Below are positions 1 through 9,775 of a DNA stretch of 32,000 nucleotides, piece by piece. The stretch is from Synechococcus elongatus PCC 6301 (GTDB lineage Bacteria > Cyanobacteriota > Cyanobacteriia > Synechococcales > Synechococcaceae). The position numbers and the translations under genes were made by a program. The notes beneath the pieces were generated by a model. The model was not told where the DNA came from. It ran no database searches and was given only the letters and a program-made list of their open reading frames with translations. How positions within the stretch are numbered: the first letter of the stretch is position 1; every line of letters begins with the position of its first letter. The DNA lies in assembly GCF_000010065.1 (NCBI RefSeq), contig NC_006576.1:1830001-1862000 (forward strand), read 5' to 3'.

Positions 1-171
<171 letters not shown>

Positions 172-376
172 ATTTGCCAGTCACAGCCTCGGGGTGCGAT
201 CGCGCCCCAAGGTTGAGTCTTAGCGCCGTTAGCCTAGCTGGCAGCGATCGCTTTGACTGGCTGGTTGCTGGGACCCCAAATGGGATCCTGTCGGAGGACT
301 GGCCAGAGCTGCCTGCGATCGCAAATAAGGAGTGTCAAAATGAAGAAATGTTGCGTTTCTGATCGCTCCAGCAGTC

Positions 377-1432
377 ATGGCGGATCCCATCACTAAGTTT
401 GCCTACCAGACCTTTCAGCAGAGCAAAAGCCTGCTGGGGCTGACTCACAAGAACCTCAGCACGCAACTGATGCGGTTGCTCGCACCCACGAATGGTGAGC
501 GAGAAGGTATCTCGCCAGCTCTGATGAGCCAACTGCAGGCGTCGATGCAAGTGTTGCTCGACGAAGACTATGCAGATGCTGAGGCCGGCGTCTATCCGCT
601 GTCGCAGCTGTTCGATACGCCGTGGCAGGACATCGTGCAGCAATATCCCCGCCTCTGGCTGGATATGCCATCAACTTGGCAGCGCGCCCGCGAGAAGCGC
701 TATCAAGACTTTGATGAAACCGTCGAAACCGATCGCTATCCCAGCTACTACGTCCAAAACTTTCATCACCAGACGGGCGGCTACCTGACCGAGGAATCGG
801 CAGAGCTCTACGATCTGCAGGTCGAGATTCTCTTTAACGGCACCGCCGATCCGATGCGGCGGCGAATTCTGCGCCCCCTCAAGCAGGGACTGCAAGCCTT
901 GGCTCGCCCTGAAAAAGATCTACGTGTGCTGGATGTGGCTTGCGGCACGGGTCGGACCCTGCGCCATTTGCGATCGGCACTGCCCAGCGCCAACCTCTAC
1001 GGCACCGACCTATCGCCCGCCTATCTCCGTAAAGCCAACCAACTCCTCTCAGAACGGCCGGGAGAACTACCGCAACTGCTGCAGGCTAACGCGGAAGAAC
1101 TGCCCTATCAAGATGGCTTCTTCCAAGGCGTGACTTCTGTTTTCCTCTTCCATGAATTGCCGCCGCAAGCTCGGCAAAACGTGATCAATGAATGCTTCCG
1201 CGTGCTTGAAGCGGGCGGCACCGTTGTCCTCAATGATTCGATTCAGGCGATCGACTCACCGGAATTCCGCCCTCTGATGGATGGCTTCTATCAGATGTTC
1301 CACGAGCCCTACTACCGTCATTACATGGAAGATGATCTCTGCGATCGCCTTGGCCAAGCGGGGTTTGTCGATATCCAAACCAGCAACCACTTTATGAGCA
1401 AAATCTGGGTGGCCCGCAAGCCGATCGCCTAA
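377..1432 (+). CDS. Class I SAM-dependent methyltransferase, substrate unknown
   Basis: 351-aa ORF with an ATG start. It has SAM-binding motif I (VLDVACGTGRTL), followed by LYGTDLS, FLFHELP and GGTVVLND, as in Methyltransf_11/25-type enzymes. Confidence 0.8.
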   Translation: MADPITKFAYQTFQQSKSLLGLTHKNLSTQLMRLLAPTNGEREGISPALMSQLQASMQVLLDEDYADAEAGVYPLSQLFDTPWQDIVQQYPRLWLDMPSTWQRAREKRYQDFDETVETDRYPSYYVQNFHHQTGGYLTEESAELYDLQVEILFNGTADPMRRRILRPLKQGLQALARPEKDLRVLDVACGTGRTLRHLRSALPSANLYGTDLSPAYLRKANQLLSERPGELPQLLQANAEELPYQDGFFQGVTSVFLFHELPPQARQNVINECFRVLEAGGTVVLNDSIQAIDSPEFRPLMDGFYQMFHEPYYRHYMEDDLCDRLGQAGFVDIQTSNHFMSKIWVARKPIA

Positions 1433-1435
1433 TCG

Positions 1436-1476
1436 CTGCTGCGATCGCCACAGAGGAGCGATCGCAGCAGGCTTTT
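1436..1476 (+). terminator. Candidate intrinsic terminator after the methyltransferase gene
   Basis: Perfect 13-bp inverted repeat: CTGCTGCGATCGC (1436-1448) pairs with GCGATCGCAGCAG (1458-1470), with a 9-nt loop. It is followed by GCTTTTA. The T-run is short, so confidence is moderate. Confidence 0.45.
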
Positions 1477-1766
1477 ACAACGAAATAAGTCAGTCAACTT
1501 TGCTGTTCAGCGATAACCAGACGAAGTCACTGCCCAAATTCAAGGTTGGTAGTGATGGCATTGCAGTCTCTAATCTAGTTAGAACGCTGAATTTAGCTGA
1601 CAATCGTCCAAGACCAGGGGCAAGAGCCTCTGGCTCCCCTATCTTGAGACTATCTCAACTGAAACAAGGGCTATCACAGCCAATTTTAGTCAATCTTTGT
1701 GATGCGAAACTGAGAAAAACTGACCAAGAAACTCAAGAGCCAGCATAATTTGATTAACTCTTTTGA

Positions 1767-2588
1767 GTGACTGCCATGGGCTACTCTCTTGTTCTGATTG
1801 TACTGGTCCTCTATTTCTTATTGGCAGGCTTGAAAATCGATCGAGAATATCAACGCGGTATCATTTATCGGCTTGGTCGAGTCCGACGATTGAGAGGGCC
1901 GGGACTATACTGGATCTTTCCCGGAATTGAACAAAAAGTACAAGTTGATTTAAGACTGCGAACAGTTAATATTGAGCCTCAAGAAACTGTCACTGCAGAC
2001 AGCGTCACGATTCGAGTAAATGCGGTGCTTTACTACCGGATGATTGACCCTGTCAAAGCCATTAACTCGGTTGAAAGTTATCGAGATGCTGTTTATCAGA
2101 TTGCTCTCACAACTTTGCGGAATGTGATTGGTCAAAATCTGCTAGATGATGTTCTGCAGAACCGCGATCGTATCAATTTCAATGTTCAACAAATTGTAGA
2201 TGAAGTCACCGAACCTTGGGGGATTGTGATCGAGCGGGTTGAGATGAAGGATGTCGAAATCCCGCTGAGTATGCAGCGAGCGATGGCTAAGGAAGCAGAA
2301 GCAGTTCGTGAAAAACGGGCTCGACGGATTAAAGCTGAGGCAGAACTAGAAGCATCTGAGAAGTTGACTGCGGCGTCTCGAATGATTAGTTCTAGTCCTG
2401 CTGCGCTGGAACTTCGTCGCTTACAAATGCTGGCAGAAATTGGTACAGAAAATAACACAACTACCGTCTTGATGTTGCCTTCTGACTTTCCAGTCTTGGC
2501 AAATCGACTGGCAGATTATTTAGGTCAACTACCAGTTACTTCATCACCCGTAGAAAGATCAAATGCGGGTGTCTCCGATCAAGAATAG
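1767..2588 (+). CDS. SPFH/band-7 (stomatin-like) membrane protein
   Basis: 273-aa ORF (GTG at 1767; alternative ATG at 1776). It has an N-terminal TM helix (YSLVLIVLVLYFLLAGL), then EYQRGIIYRLGR...GPGLYWIFPGIE...VDLR...TADSVTIRVNAVLYYRMIDP, and a coiled AEAxxE region. This is a classic band-7 layout. Confidence 0.85.
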   Translation: MTAMGYSLVLIVLVLYFLLAGLKIDREYQRGIIYRLGRVRRLRGPGLYWIFPGIEQKVQVDLRLRTVNIEPQETVTADSVTIRVNAVLYYRMIDPVKAINSVESYRDAVYQIALTTLRNVIGQNLLDDVLQNRDRINFNVQQIVDEVTEPWGIVIERVEMKDVEIPLSMQRAMAKEAEAVREKRARRIKAEAELEASEKLTAASRMISSSPAALELRRLQMLAEIGTENNTTTVLMLPSDFPVLANRLADYLGQLPVTSSPVERSNAGVSDQE

Positions 2589-2605
2589 CTTCCTGAAACA
2601 TACCT

Positions 2606-2977
2606 TTAGCTCAAGAGCATCATATTGAGGGCCGTAATTGCTGGATCCATGTTGCTGGTGGGCCGAATGATTCTGATTTTTAAGGCACCGAGAACTGAAA
2701 TAAAGATCTTAATTTCGGAATCCAGATCGATTGTGCCAGCAGTTTCATAGGAAAATGCTTGAATGCGAGAGATAGGAATTGAGAGATATTCCTGTTTCTT
2801 GCCAGTGATGCCTTGCTTGTCGATCAGTAGAATGCGCCGAGTCGTAAAGAACAAGAGATCTCGCGCTCCTTTGTAGGCACAGTAGATCATCTCGTCCTTT
2901 ACAAAGACTCCTGCTCGTACCGAACAAGACTGAGGATCAACAGGCGCTAAACCAATCGCAGATTTAAATTCCTGCAT
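2606..2977 (-). CDS. Bacterial PH-domain protein (YvbH/DUF1696-like)
   Basis: 123-aa ORF. The pattern DEMIYCAYKGARDLLFFTTRRILLIDKQGITGKKQEYLSIPISRIQAFSYETAG resembles the bPH_1 family. The assignment is from memory of the family pattern, not a search. Confidence 0.6.
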   Translation of the reverse strand: MQEFKSAIGLAPVDPQSCSVRAGVFVKDEMIYCAYKGARDLLFFTTRRILLIDKQGITGKKQEYLSIPISRIQAFSYETAGTIDLDSEIKIFISVLGALKIRIIRPTSNMDPAITALNMMLLS

Positions 2978-3001
2978 CTCTTGGGCTCAAGCTGAAGGTT
3001 C

Positions 3002-4036
3002 TTAGGCGATCGCAGGGGCTGAAGGCTGGCGGAGCCAATCTTGTAAAACCTGACTGGGTGGTTGGGCGTGGGGCCAAGCAAAGGCATGACGGAAAGATGC
3101 CGTTTGGCAGGCTTGTAGTTGCTGAAAGTCAATGACATCAGCAGTCAGTAGGGCTTCATATTCTGCCGGCAGCCGCACATTGTGAAGACCGGCATTGTCG
3201 GTACAGATGACGATATCAACGCCTGCTTCAAAGCAGCGATCGAAGACTGTCCTCAGTGCTGCGATCTCCGTCAGAGTACCGGTTTGAATATAGGTGGTAG
3301 GGCAGACTTCTAGGCATTGCCCCCGTGCCGCTAGCTCTGGCAACAATTCGGGATAGTGCAGCGGAATTTGGATGCCGTGGCCAATCCGCATCAAGTACGG
3401 CAATAGGTCGGGATAGCAGCCATCGCGGGTTTCAAATAGGTGGCCTGTCGTCTTCAGGCCCAGTTCCCGCGCCCAGTTGAAGAGCTCAATGAACTCTGGT
3501 AGCCGCTCTGCGTAGGCGCGATCGCCCCCTGCTACATCGATCGCACAAACTGTCGGCACACAGTCCGCGGCCAGTTGCACCATTGCCCGATTGACTTCGT
3601 AGGGCAAATGGGTGTGTAGGCAGAGGATTTGGGGCATCAGCAAGGGATAGCCCGGCACTTGGCTGGCGGCGGCAACACATTGCACCACTGCGGGCATCAA
3701 GTCCAAACGCTCAGTTTGGGACAGTGTTGCTGGAGTCCGCAGATAGGGGGTGTAGCGCAGTTCCAGATAAGCCAAGTTCTCGAAGGTGTAGGCACCCCGC
3801 ACCAACCGTTGGATGAAGTAGGGCAGCGTGCCAGTCGTTTGAGTTGACTCCACCAACTTGTGAATTTCGAGATATTCCGCCAACGAGGCCTTGGGGGCGG
3901 TGTAGAACTGCTCGAAATCGCCGTAGTGGGCAAAGCGATCGATAATTTCGGACTGCGATCGCTGCAAAAAGCGCCAGAGAATGCGAGGCACAACTGCGCC
4001 GCCCAAGTGGCGATGCAAATCGGCAAAAAGCGCCAT
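3002..4036 (-). CDS. Adenosine/AMP deaminase-family metallohydrolase
   Basis: Start trimmed to the ATG at 4036 (MALFADLHRHLGGAV), giving 344 aa. It carries the HxH metal motif (DLHRHLGG), an internal GHG (RIGHGIQ) and a C-terminal TDN (VICTDNAG), as in the A_deaminase family. Confidence 0.8.
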   Translation of the reverse strand: MALFADLHRHLGGAVVPRILWRFLQRSQSEIIDRFAHYGDFEQFYTAPKASLAEYLEIHKLVESTQTTGTLPYFIQRLVRGAYTFENLAYLELRYTPYLRTPATLSQTERLDLMPAVVQCVAAASQVPGYPLLMPQILCLHTHLPYEVNRAMVQLAADCVPTVCAIDVAGGDRAYAERLPEFIELFNWARELGLKTTGHLFETRDGCYPDLLPYLMRIGHGIQIPLHYPELLPELAARGQCLEVCPTTYIQTGTLTEIAALRTVFDRCFEAGVDIVICTDNAGLHNVRLPAEYEALLTADVIDFQQLQACQTASFRHAFAWPHAQPPSQVLQDWLRQPSAPAIA

Positions 4037-4221
4037 AATCCTGCTCCCATCCCAGGGGCGGCACGCGCCCAATTGTTAAGCTTTGTGAGTCATTCAAGCC
4101 TAACGCAGCCTGATTGGAGCGTCATTTTCGATACGTCGCATTGATCAGGACGGTTTGACAGGCGCCAAAGCGGCGTCGGATAATCCCCTTTTGTGCAAAT
4201 TTCGAGCGCAGTCGAAAGACC

Positions 4222-5556
4222 TTGGCGAACGTAGTCGTAATCGGGGCCCAGTGGGGCGACGAGGGCAAAGGCAAAATCACTGACCTGCTCAGCCGGTCAG
4301 CAGATGTCGTTGTCCGCTATCAGGGGGGCGTCAACGCGGGTCATACCGTGGTGGTGGGCGAGCAAACCCTGAAGCTGCATCTGATCCCCTCAGGCATTCT
4401 TTACCCCGACACCCAATGCATCATTGGTTCGGGCACCGTCATTGACCCCAAGGTCCTTCTGGGCGAGGTCGAGATGCTGGAGCAGCTAGGGATCTCCACC
4501 GATCACCTGCTGATTTCCCAAACCGCCCATGTGACGATGCCCTACCATCGCTTGATCGATCAAGCATCGGAGCAACAACGGGGCAGTCATAAGATCGGCA
4601 CCACCGGCCGGGGCATTGGGCCTACCTATGCCGACAAATCGGAGCGAACCGGCATTCGCATTCTGGACCTGATGGATCCCGAAGGCTTGCGGGAACAGCT
4701 TACTTGGACGATCGCCCAGAAAAACGTCATTCTCGACAAGCTCTACGGCCTACCGCCGCTCGATGCTGAGAGCGTTATCGAAGAATATTCGGGCTATGCA
4801 GAGCGGCTGCGCCCTCACGTCGTCGACAGCTCGTTGACGATCGATGAAGCGTGGCGCAAGCGCAAAAACATTCTGTTTGAAGGCGCGCAAGGTACCCTGC
4901 TCGACCTCGACCACGGCACCTATCCCTACGTCACCTCCTCCAATCCCGTGGCGGGAGGTGCTTGTATTGGCGCGGGCGTTGGCCCCACGATTATTGACCG
5001 TGTGATTGGGGTGGCGAAAGCCTACACGACCCGCGTTGGGGAAGGCCCTTTCCCGACAGAACTCCACGGCGACATCGGCGAATTGCTCTGTCAGCGCGGG
5101 GCTGAATTTGGGACGACCACCGGTCGTCGACGCCGCTGCGGCTGGTTTGATGCGGTGATCGGTCGTTACGCGGTGCGGATTAACGGTATTGACTGTCTGG
5201 CGATCACCAAGCTCGATGTCTTGGATGATCTGGATGAAATTCAGGTCTGTGTTGCTTACGACATCGATGGCGAGCGCTGCGACCATTTCCCCAGTAGTGC
5301 CCGTAGTTTTGCCAACTGCCAGCCGATCTACAAAACGGTGCCGGGTTGGAAGCAATCGACGTCTCACTGCCGTAACTTGGAAGACCTGCCCAAAGCTGCC
5401 CTGGATTATCTGAAGTTCCTGGCGGAATTGATGGAAGTCCCGATCGCGATCGTCTCCTTGGGCGCTAGCCGTGACCAGACGATCATCGTCGAAGACCCCA
5501 TCCATGGGCCGAAGCGTGCTTTGCTCCACACCAACGGCGACAGCAGCGCGAGCTAG
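4222..5556 (+). CDS. purA: Adenylosuccinate synthetase
   Basis: 444-aa ORF with a TTG start. The N-terminus [18 protein letters not shown] (P-loop), [14 protein letters not shown] and TKLDVLD are hallmark PurA motifs. Confidence 0.95.
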   Translation: MANVVVIGAQWGDEGKGKITDLLSRSADVVVRYQGGVNAGHTVVVGEQTLKLHLIPSGILYPDTQCIIGSGTVIDPKVLLGEVEMLEQLGISTDHLLISQTAHVTMPYHRLIDQASEQQRGSHKIGTTGRGIGPTYADKSERTGIRILDLMDPEGLREQLTWTIAQKNVILDKLYGLPPLDAESVIEEYSGYAERLRPHVVDSSLTIDEAWRKRKNILFEGAQGTLLDLDHGTYPYVTSSNPVAGGACIGAGVGPTIIDRVIGVAKAYTTRVGEGPFPTELHGDIGELLCQRGAEFGTTTGRRRRCGWFDAVIGRYAVRINGIDCLAITKLDVLDDLDEIQVCVAYDIDGERCDHFPSSARSFANCQPIYKTVPGWKQSTSHCRNLEDLPKAALDYLKFLAELMEVPIAIVSLGASRDQTIIVEDPIHGPKRALLHTNGDSSAS

Positions 5557-5631
5557 GCGATCGGCTGCCGGTAAGAGAGACAACAGGCAAGGAGTCAATC
5601 CTCCTTGTCAAAAATCAATTTGAGTAAAATC

Positions 5632-6018
5632 ATGACCCGCCAAAATATTTCCTCCGGTTCCGCCTGGGAGCCTGTGCTGGGCTATTCCCGCGCCGTCAAG
5701 GTCGGACCCTACGTCCATGTCTCTGGCACTACGGCCAGCACCCCGGACGGCGTTGTTGGTCTGGGTGATCCCTACGAGCAAACCAAAGCAGCGCTAAAGA
5801 CGATCGCACAAGCACTGACAGAGGCGGGTGCCCAACTCTCTGATGTAGTGCGGACGCGGCTCTACGTCACGGATATTTCACGCTGGGAAGAAATCGGGAA
5901 AGCCCATGGCGAGGTGTTTGGGGAAATTCGTCCCGCCATGGCGATCGTGGAAGTGAGCCAATTGATCTCGCCGGAATTGCTCGTCGAAATTGGGGCGGAT
6001 GCCTACATCGGCGAATAG
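5632..6018 (+). CDS. RidA/YjgF/TdcF-family protein
   Basis: ATG at 5632 is preferred over the upstream TTG at 5605, giving 128 aa. The sequence ...VHVSGTTA...LSDVVRTRLYVTD...RPAMAIVEVSQL...LVEIGADA is typical of the endoribonuclease L-PSP/RidA fold. Confidence 0.85.
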   Translation: MTRQNISSGSAWEPVLGYSRAVKVGPYVHVSGTTASTPDGVVGLGDPYEQTKAALKTIAQALTEAGAQLSDVVRTRLYVTDISRWEEIGKAHGEVFGEIRPAMAIVEVSQLISPELLVEIGADAYIGE

Positions 6019-6040
6019 CTGCTCTCATCAATTCCCACAG

Positions 6041-6080
6041 CCCCTCAGGTTGCTTAACGCAATGGCCTGAGGGGTTTTTT
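6041..6080 (+). terminator. Intrinsic terminator between convergent genes
   Basis: CCCCTCAGG (6041-6049) pairs with CCTGAGGGG (6066-6074) around a 16-nt loop. TTTTTT follows directly (6075-6080). Confidence 0.65.
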
Positions 6081-6088
6081 GTCATTTT

Positions 6089-6901
6089 CTAGGGCACTGA
6101 CGCTGTGGATGGGGTTGGCAGGTTGTCCAAAAAACTAAGCGGCCGATTCATGGTGGCAGAAAAGCCAAGGATGCCGTGATCGCGATGCTCGTAAATTAAC
6201 TGGCGATCGCGATCGAACAGGAAAGTACCGCCGCGTTGGGTCATGTAGCTGGTATCAGGGACGTAAGTACGCCAATGACCGAGGGATTCCGCCATGTTGC
6301 GGAGGCGTAGCGTTGCCAATTCCATCGGTCGCTGGAAGCCAGAGCCGCCCGCAAGGTTAAAAAAGTTGCCTTTGATGGGTGGTAGCGGTGCAGCCTGTAC
6401 CGTTTCTTCGGCGGCAATGAGTTGGGGTGCACTGCGATCGCCGCGATAGCCCCGAAGCACTTCCGCCAACGTGCCGGGGCTACCAATGCCAGCACACATC
6501 AACAGCAGATTCAGCCAAGCCTTGGCAGCGGGGGAAAAGCCAGGAATTGACAGTTGTAGTCCCGGATAGAGCTCTAGTTCTTGATGCAAGCTAGCTGTGG
6601 GATCAACAAAGAGCTGATCGGCGGGAAAGCCGGTGAACTCGCAGAAGCGCTGGCCTGAGTCACGATCGCCAATGCCGACTGCGCGAATCGTCAGCCCAAG
6701 TTGCTGGATCTGATCCTGTTCTCGCTGCAACCACTGGGCATATTCCAAGCTGTCGAAGTCGCCCAACTGCGGCCAAATCAAGACCAGCAGGCGATCGCTG
6801 CTTTCAGTGCCAGCAAGGACTGGCGCGATCGCCCCATCACTGACCCGTTGACGCTGACAAGCCTGCAAGAGCGGGTAAGGGTTGATGGGTGCTGGAGTCA
6901 T
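6089..6901 (-). CDS. Thioredoxin-fold, peroxiredoxin-like (AhpC/TSA PF13911-like) protein lacking the CxxC cysteines
   Basis: The 340-aa six-frame ORF is trimmed to the ATG at 6901 (MTPAPINPYPLL...), because its upstream part overlaps thiO. Alternative starts are ATG 6931 and TTG 6868. The core LLVLIWPQLGDFDSLEYAQWL matches the position of the GCxxC motif in PRXL2-type proteins. Confidence 0.6.
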   Translation of the reverse strand: MTPAPINPYPLLQACQRQRVSDGAIAPVLAGTESSDRLLVLIWPQLGDFDSLEYAQWLQREQDQIQQLGLTIRAVGIGDRDSGQRFCEFTGFPADQLFVDPTASLHQELELYPGLQLSIPGFSPAAKAWLNLLLMCAGIGSPGTLAEVLRGYRGDRSAPQLIAAEETVQAAPLPPIKGNFFNLAGGSGFQRPMELATLRLRNMAESLGHWRTYVPDTSYMTQRGGTFLFDRDRQLIYEHRDHGILGFSATMNRPLSFLDNLPTPSTASVP

Positions 6902-7976
6902 GGCTGGAGAAGCGGTCGTAACGGAAGGCATGAAGCAGTTGATCCGTGCAGTGGTCGAGAATTTGGTCAGCGAGTAGCTGAGCGGTAATTGGGGCGAGCA
7001 GCATACCGTTGCGGTAGTGGCCGGTCGCCAAGAATAAGTTCTCAGCGGGGCCTTGCCCCAGGATCGGCCATTCATCTGGTGTCGCGGGACGGTATCCCCA
7101 CCAAGTTTCAACCAGTGGACAGTCCGCCAGAGCCGGAACGAGGGCGATCGCCTCGGCCATCAAGCTCTGTAAGGGGCCAGCGGTGTTGCCAGTCCTGAAT
7201 CCCGCCGTCGCTTCCATGGTGGCACCGACCACAATCAGACCATCTCGGCGCGGCACAATATACACCCGCTCACCAAACAAAACGTGGTTCAGCAAACGCG
7301 GGTCAGCTTGCAGCGAGAACATTTGGCCTTTAACGGGATAGACCGGCAGTTGTAGCCAGTCGCCGGACCAAGCGCCGGTTGCCAGAACGTAGGCGTCAGC
7401 TTGAACTGGCCCGCGATCGGTCATCGCGGATTGCAGGCGATCGCCTGTTACAGATAACTCCCGCAGCGCCACGCTTTCATGGATCGTGACGCCACTGGCG
7501 ATCGCGGCGGCTCGCAGCGCTGGATACAGGGCACGGCGACTATCAACTTGCCCTTCTTGGGAAAACCACCAGCCACCGATTAGGTCAGAGCATAGTGCGG
7601 GCTGAAAGTCTCGTAAGTCCGCTGCCGAGAGCCATTGCCCCGGAGATTCTGCTGGATGAGGATAGCGATCGCGATTTTTGGCCTCACTCAGGGGCACCAA
7701 AATGCCGCAGGGCCAGTAGCCACTGTCTTGACCGCTGAGTTGTTCGAGTTGCTGGGTCCAGCGGGCGTAGAGCGATCGGCTGCGCAGCCCCAGATCCAGC
7801 ATGGGCCCGACTTCGATGCCTTCCGACTGGGGCGCCAACATCCCTGCTGCCACACGACCTGCCGCCGCCTGAGTGTTTTGACTGTAGACCTGCACCATCG
7901 CGCCTCGCGATCGCAGTTCTAGCGCGATCGCCAAGCCAATGACGCCGCCCCCAAAGACGGCTACCTCGAACGCCAT
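6837..7976 (-). CDS. thiO: FAD-dependent glycine oxidase
   Basis: 379-aa ORF. It has the N-terminal Rossmann motif VAVFGGGVIGLAIALEL and the C-terminal ATGHYRNGMLLAPITAQLLADQI, both typical of ThiO/DAO-family enzymes. Confidence 0.8.
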   Translation of the reverse strand: MAFEVAVFGGGVIGLAIALELRSRGAMVQVYSQNTQAAAGRVAAGMLAPQSEGIEVGPMLDLGLRSRSLYARWTQQLEQLSGQDSGYWPCGILVPLSEAKNRDRYPHPAESPGQWLSAADLRDFQPALCSDLIGGWWFSQEGQVDSRRALYPALRAAAIASGVTIHESVALRELSVTGDRLQSAMTDRGPVQADAYVLATGAWSGDWLQLPVYPVKGQMFSLQADPRLLNHVLFGERVYIVPRRDGLIVVGATMEATAGFRTGNTAGPLQSLMAEAIALVPALADCPLVETWWGYRPATPDEWPILGQGPAENLFLATGHYRNGMLLAPITAQLLADQILDHCTDQLLHAFRYDRFSSHDSSTHQPLPALAGLSASTGQ

Positions 7977-8033
7977 GTCGCTTTCCGTATCCTCAATCTC
8001 CTAGTATGACGGCGGTTCCCAAGAAGTCAGGCA

Positions 8034-8429
8034 ATGGAGATTGCCGTTTTGCGTTTGCGACCGGGTCAGGATCTCAAACAAGCCCTGTGGGATTGGACAC
8101 AGGAACACCAACCCAGTGCGGCTTGCTTGCTTAGTGCGGTCGGCAGTCTGGATGCGGTTTGCCTGCGACTGGCCGGCGGCGATCGCCAATTCCAGCGACA
8201 AGAGCCTCACGAAATTCTGAGTCTGAGCGGCACCTTCTGTCTGGATGGACTGCACCTTCATCTCGCGATCGCGGATGCCACGGGCTAGGTCTGGGGCGGT
8301 CATCTGCTGGACGGTTGCCGTATCTTCACCACAGCAGAACTGGTGCTTGGGATCTTGCCCGACTGGCAGTTTGAGCGCCAACGCGATGCGCAGACGAGAT
8401 ACCCAGAGTTAGAGGCTAAACGTTTATGA
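8034..8429 (+). pseudogene. PPC/DUF296-domain protein gene interrupted by an in-frame TAG (8286-8288)
   Basis: 84 codons (MEIAVLRLRPGQDL...HLHLAIADATG) are followed by TAG. Another 46 in-frame codons (VWGGHLLDGCRIFTTAELVLGILPDWQFERQRDAQTRYPELEAKRL) then run to TGA at 8427-8429. Both halves together reproduce the full DUF296 pattern (HxH...G.v.GGHL...tTaE.v). Confidence 0.7.
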
Positions 8430-8441
8430 AATTTTTAAAAG

Positions 8442-9220
<779 letters not shown>

Positions 9221-9278
9221 CGCCTCCCCTACAGACTTGCGGGGAGGATGCCCTAAATTCGCCGATGGGCAACAGGAC

Positions 9279-9563
9279 CTAAGCTTTACTGGCTCGCGCC
9301 GATCGCAGCATTGCAATCAAGGTCTGGTGCGCGTCTTCGGAGTCCTGTAGCTCGTGGTCGAAGCTAACTTGCAGCGATCGCGATCCCGTGGCTTCCACCA
9401 CATCCAAAACCATGGCTGCTGGCGTAATGCCCGTCAGAGTCGCCGCCGTCGCTTCCGTTGCGCCGCCATAGACTTTGGCATAAACCAAGACCGCATCCGC
9501 ATGGTCTTCATTCATGTGGCGACAGATGCGATCGCTAACTGCTGAAGTGAGTGGATCAGCCAT
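9279..9563 (-). CDS. DUF2470-domain protein (haem-binding HugZ/GluTRBP C-terminal-like)
   Basis: 94-aa ORF. ICRHMNEDHADAVLVYAKVYGG is the characteristic DUF2470 opening motif. Confidence 0.75.
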   Translation of the reverse strand: MADPLTSAVSDRICRHMNEDHADAVLVYAKVYGGATEATAATLTGITPAAMVLDVVEATGSRSLQVSFDHELQDSEDAHQTLIAMLRSARASKA

Positions 9564-9655
9564 CGTTTTTTCCTCTGCTCAGGTCATTTAGAAGCGATCT
9601 TAGACCGGTCACTCGGCTGCTCTGCCTCTAGTCCTAGAAAGAGCTGCAGCGATCG

Positions 9656-9775
9656 CTAGGAAAGAACGTGGGCTTTGAGGAGCAGCGCACTGATCAGGCG
9701 ATAGCCACTGAAGCTGACAAAGCCTAGCAAGACAACAAAGAGAGCGACATTGAAGACATCGCGCAGGCGATCCAT
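9656..9775 (-). CDS. Candidate 39-aa single-pass membrane peptide (unassigned)
   Basis: It runs from the ATG at 9775 to the TAG at 9656-9658 and encodes MDRLRDVFNVALFVVLLGFVSFSGYRLISALLLKAHVLS. It has one hydrophobic helix and lies in an otherwise unexplained 308-bp gap on the same strand as both neighbours. There is no recognisable family, and it is below the ORF-track cutoff. Confidence 0.3.
   Translation of the reverse strand: MDRLRDVFNVALFVVLLGFVSFSGYRLISALLLKAHVLS

Larger units (their letters stand above)
1480..3000. other. AT-rich, HIP1-free patch A (SPFH + PH-domain genes)
   Basis: GC drops visibly to the low/mid 40s% by eye. I found no GCGATCGC between the hairpin at 1441-1465 and 3004, although flanking DNA carries one every few hundred bp. 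The edges coincide with the methyltransferase terminator and the stop codon of the deaminase gene. Confidence 0.5.

Noticed and set aside
1500-1748. 82-aa ORF upstream of the SPFH gene, considered as a possible NfeD-like partner
   Set aside because: It has a TTG start, no hydrophobic segments and no NfeD-like OB-fold pattern, and its composition looks non-coding. It is more likely the promoter/leader of the SPFH gene.
4750-5598. 282-aa ORF on the - strand
   Set aside because: It is antisense to purA. The sequence is low-complexity and Arg/Ala/Val-rich with no motifs.
6902-7111. Upstream 70 codons of the 340-aa ORF 6089..7111
   Set aside because: This part overlaps the conserved C-terminal region of thiO in another frame and has no similarity to the thioredoxin-fold family, so the ORF was trimmed to an internal ATG.
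8001-8381. 126-aa ORF on the - strand
   Set aside because: It is antisense to the DUF296/PPC gene. The + strand translation reproduces a known domain across both halves, and the - strand product has no recognisable features.
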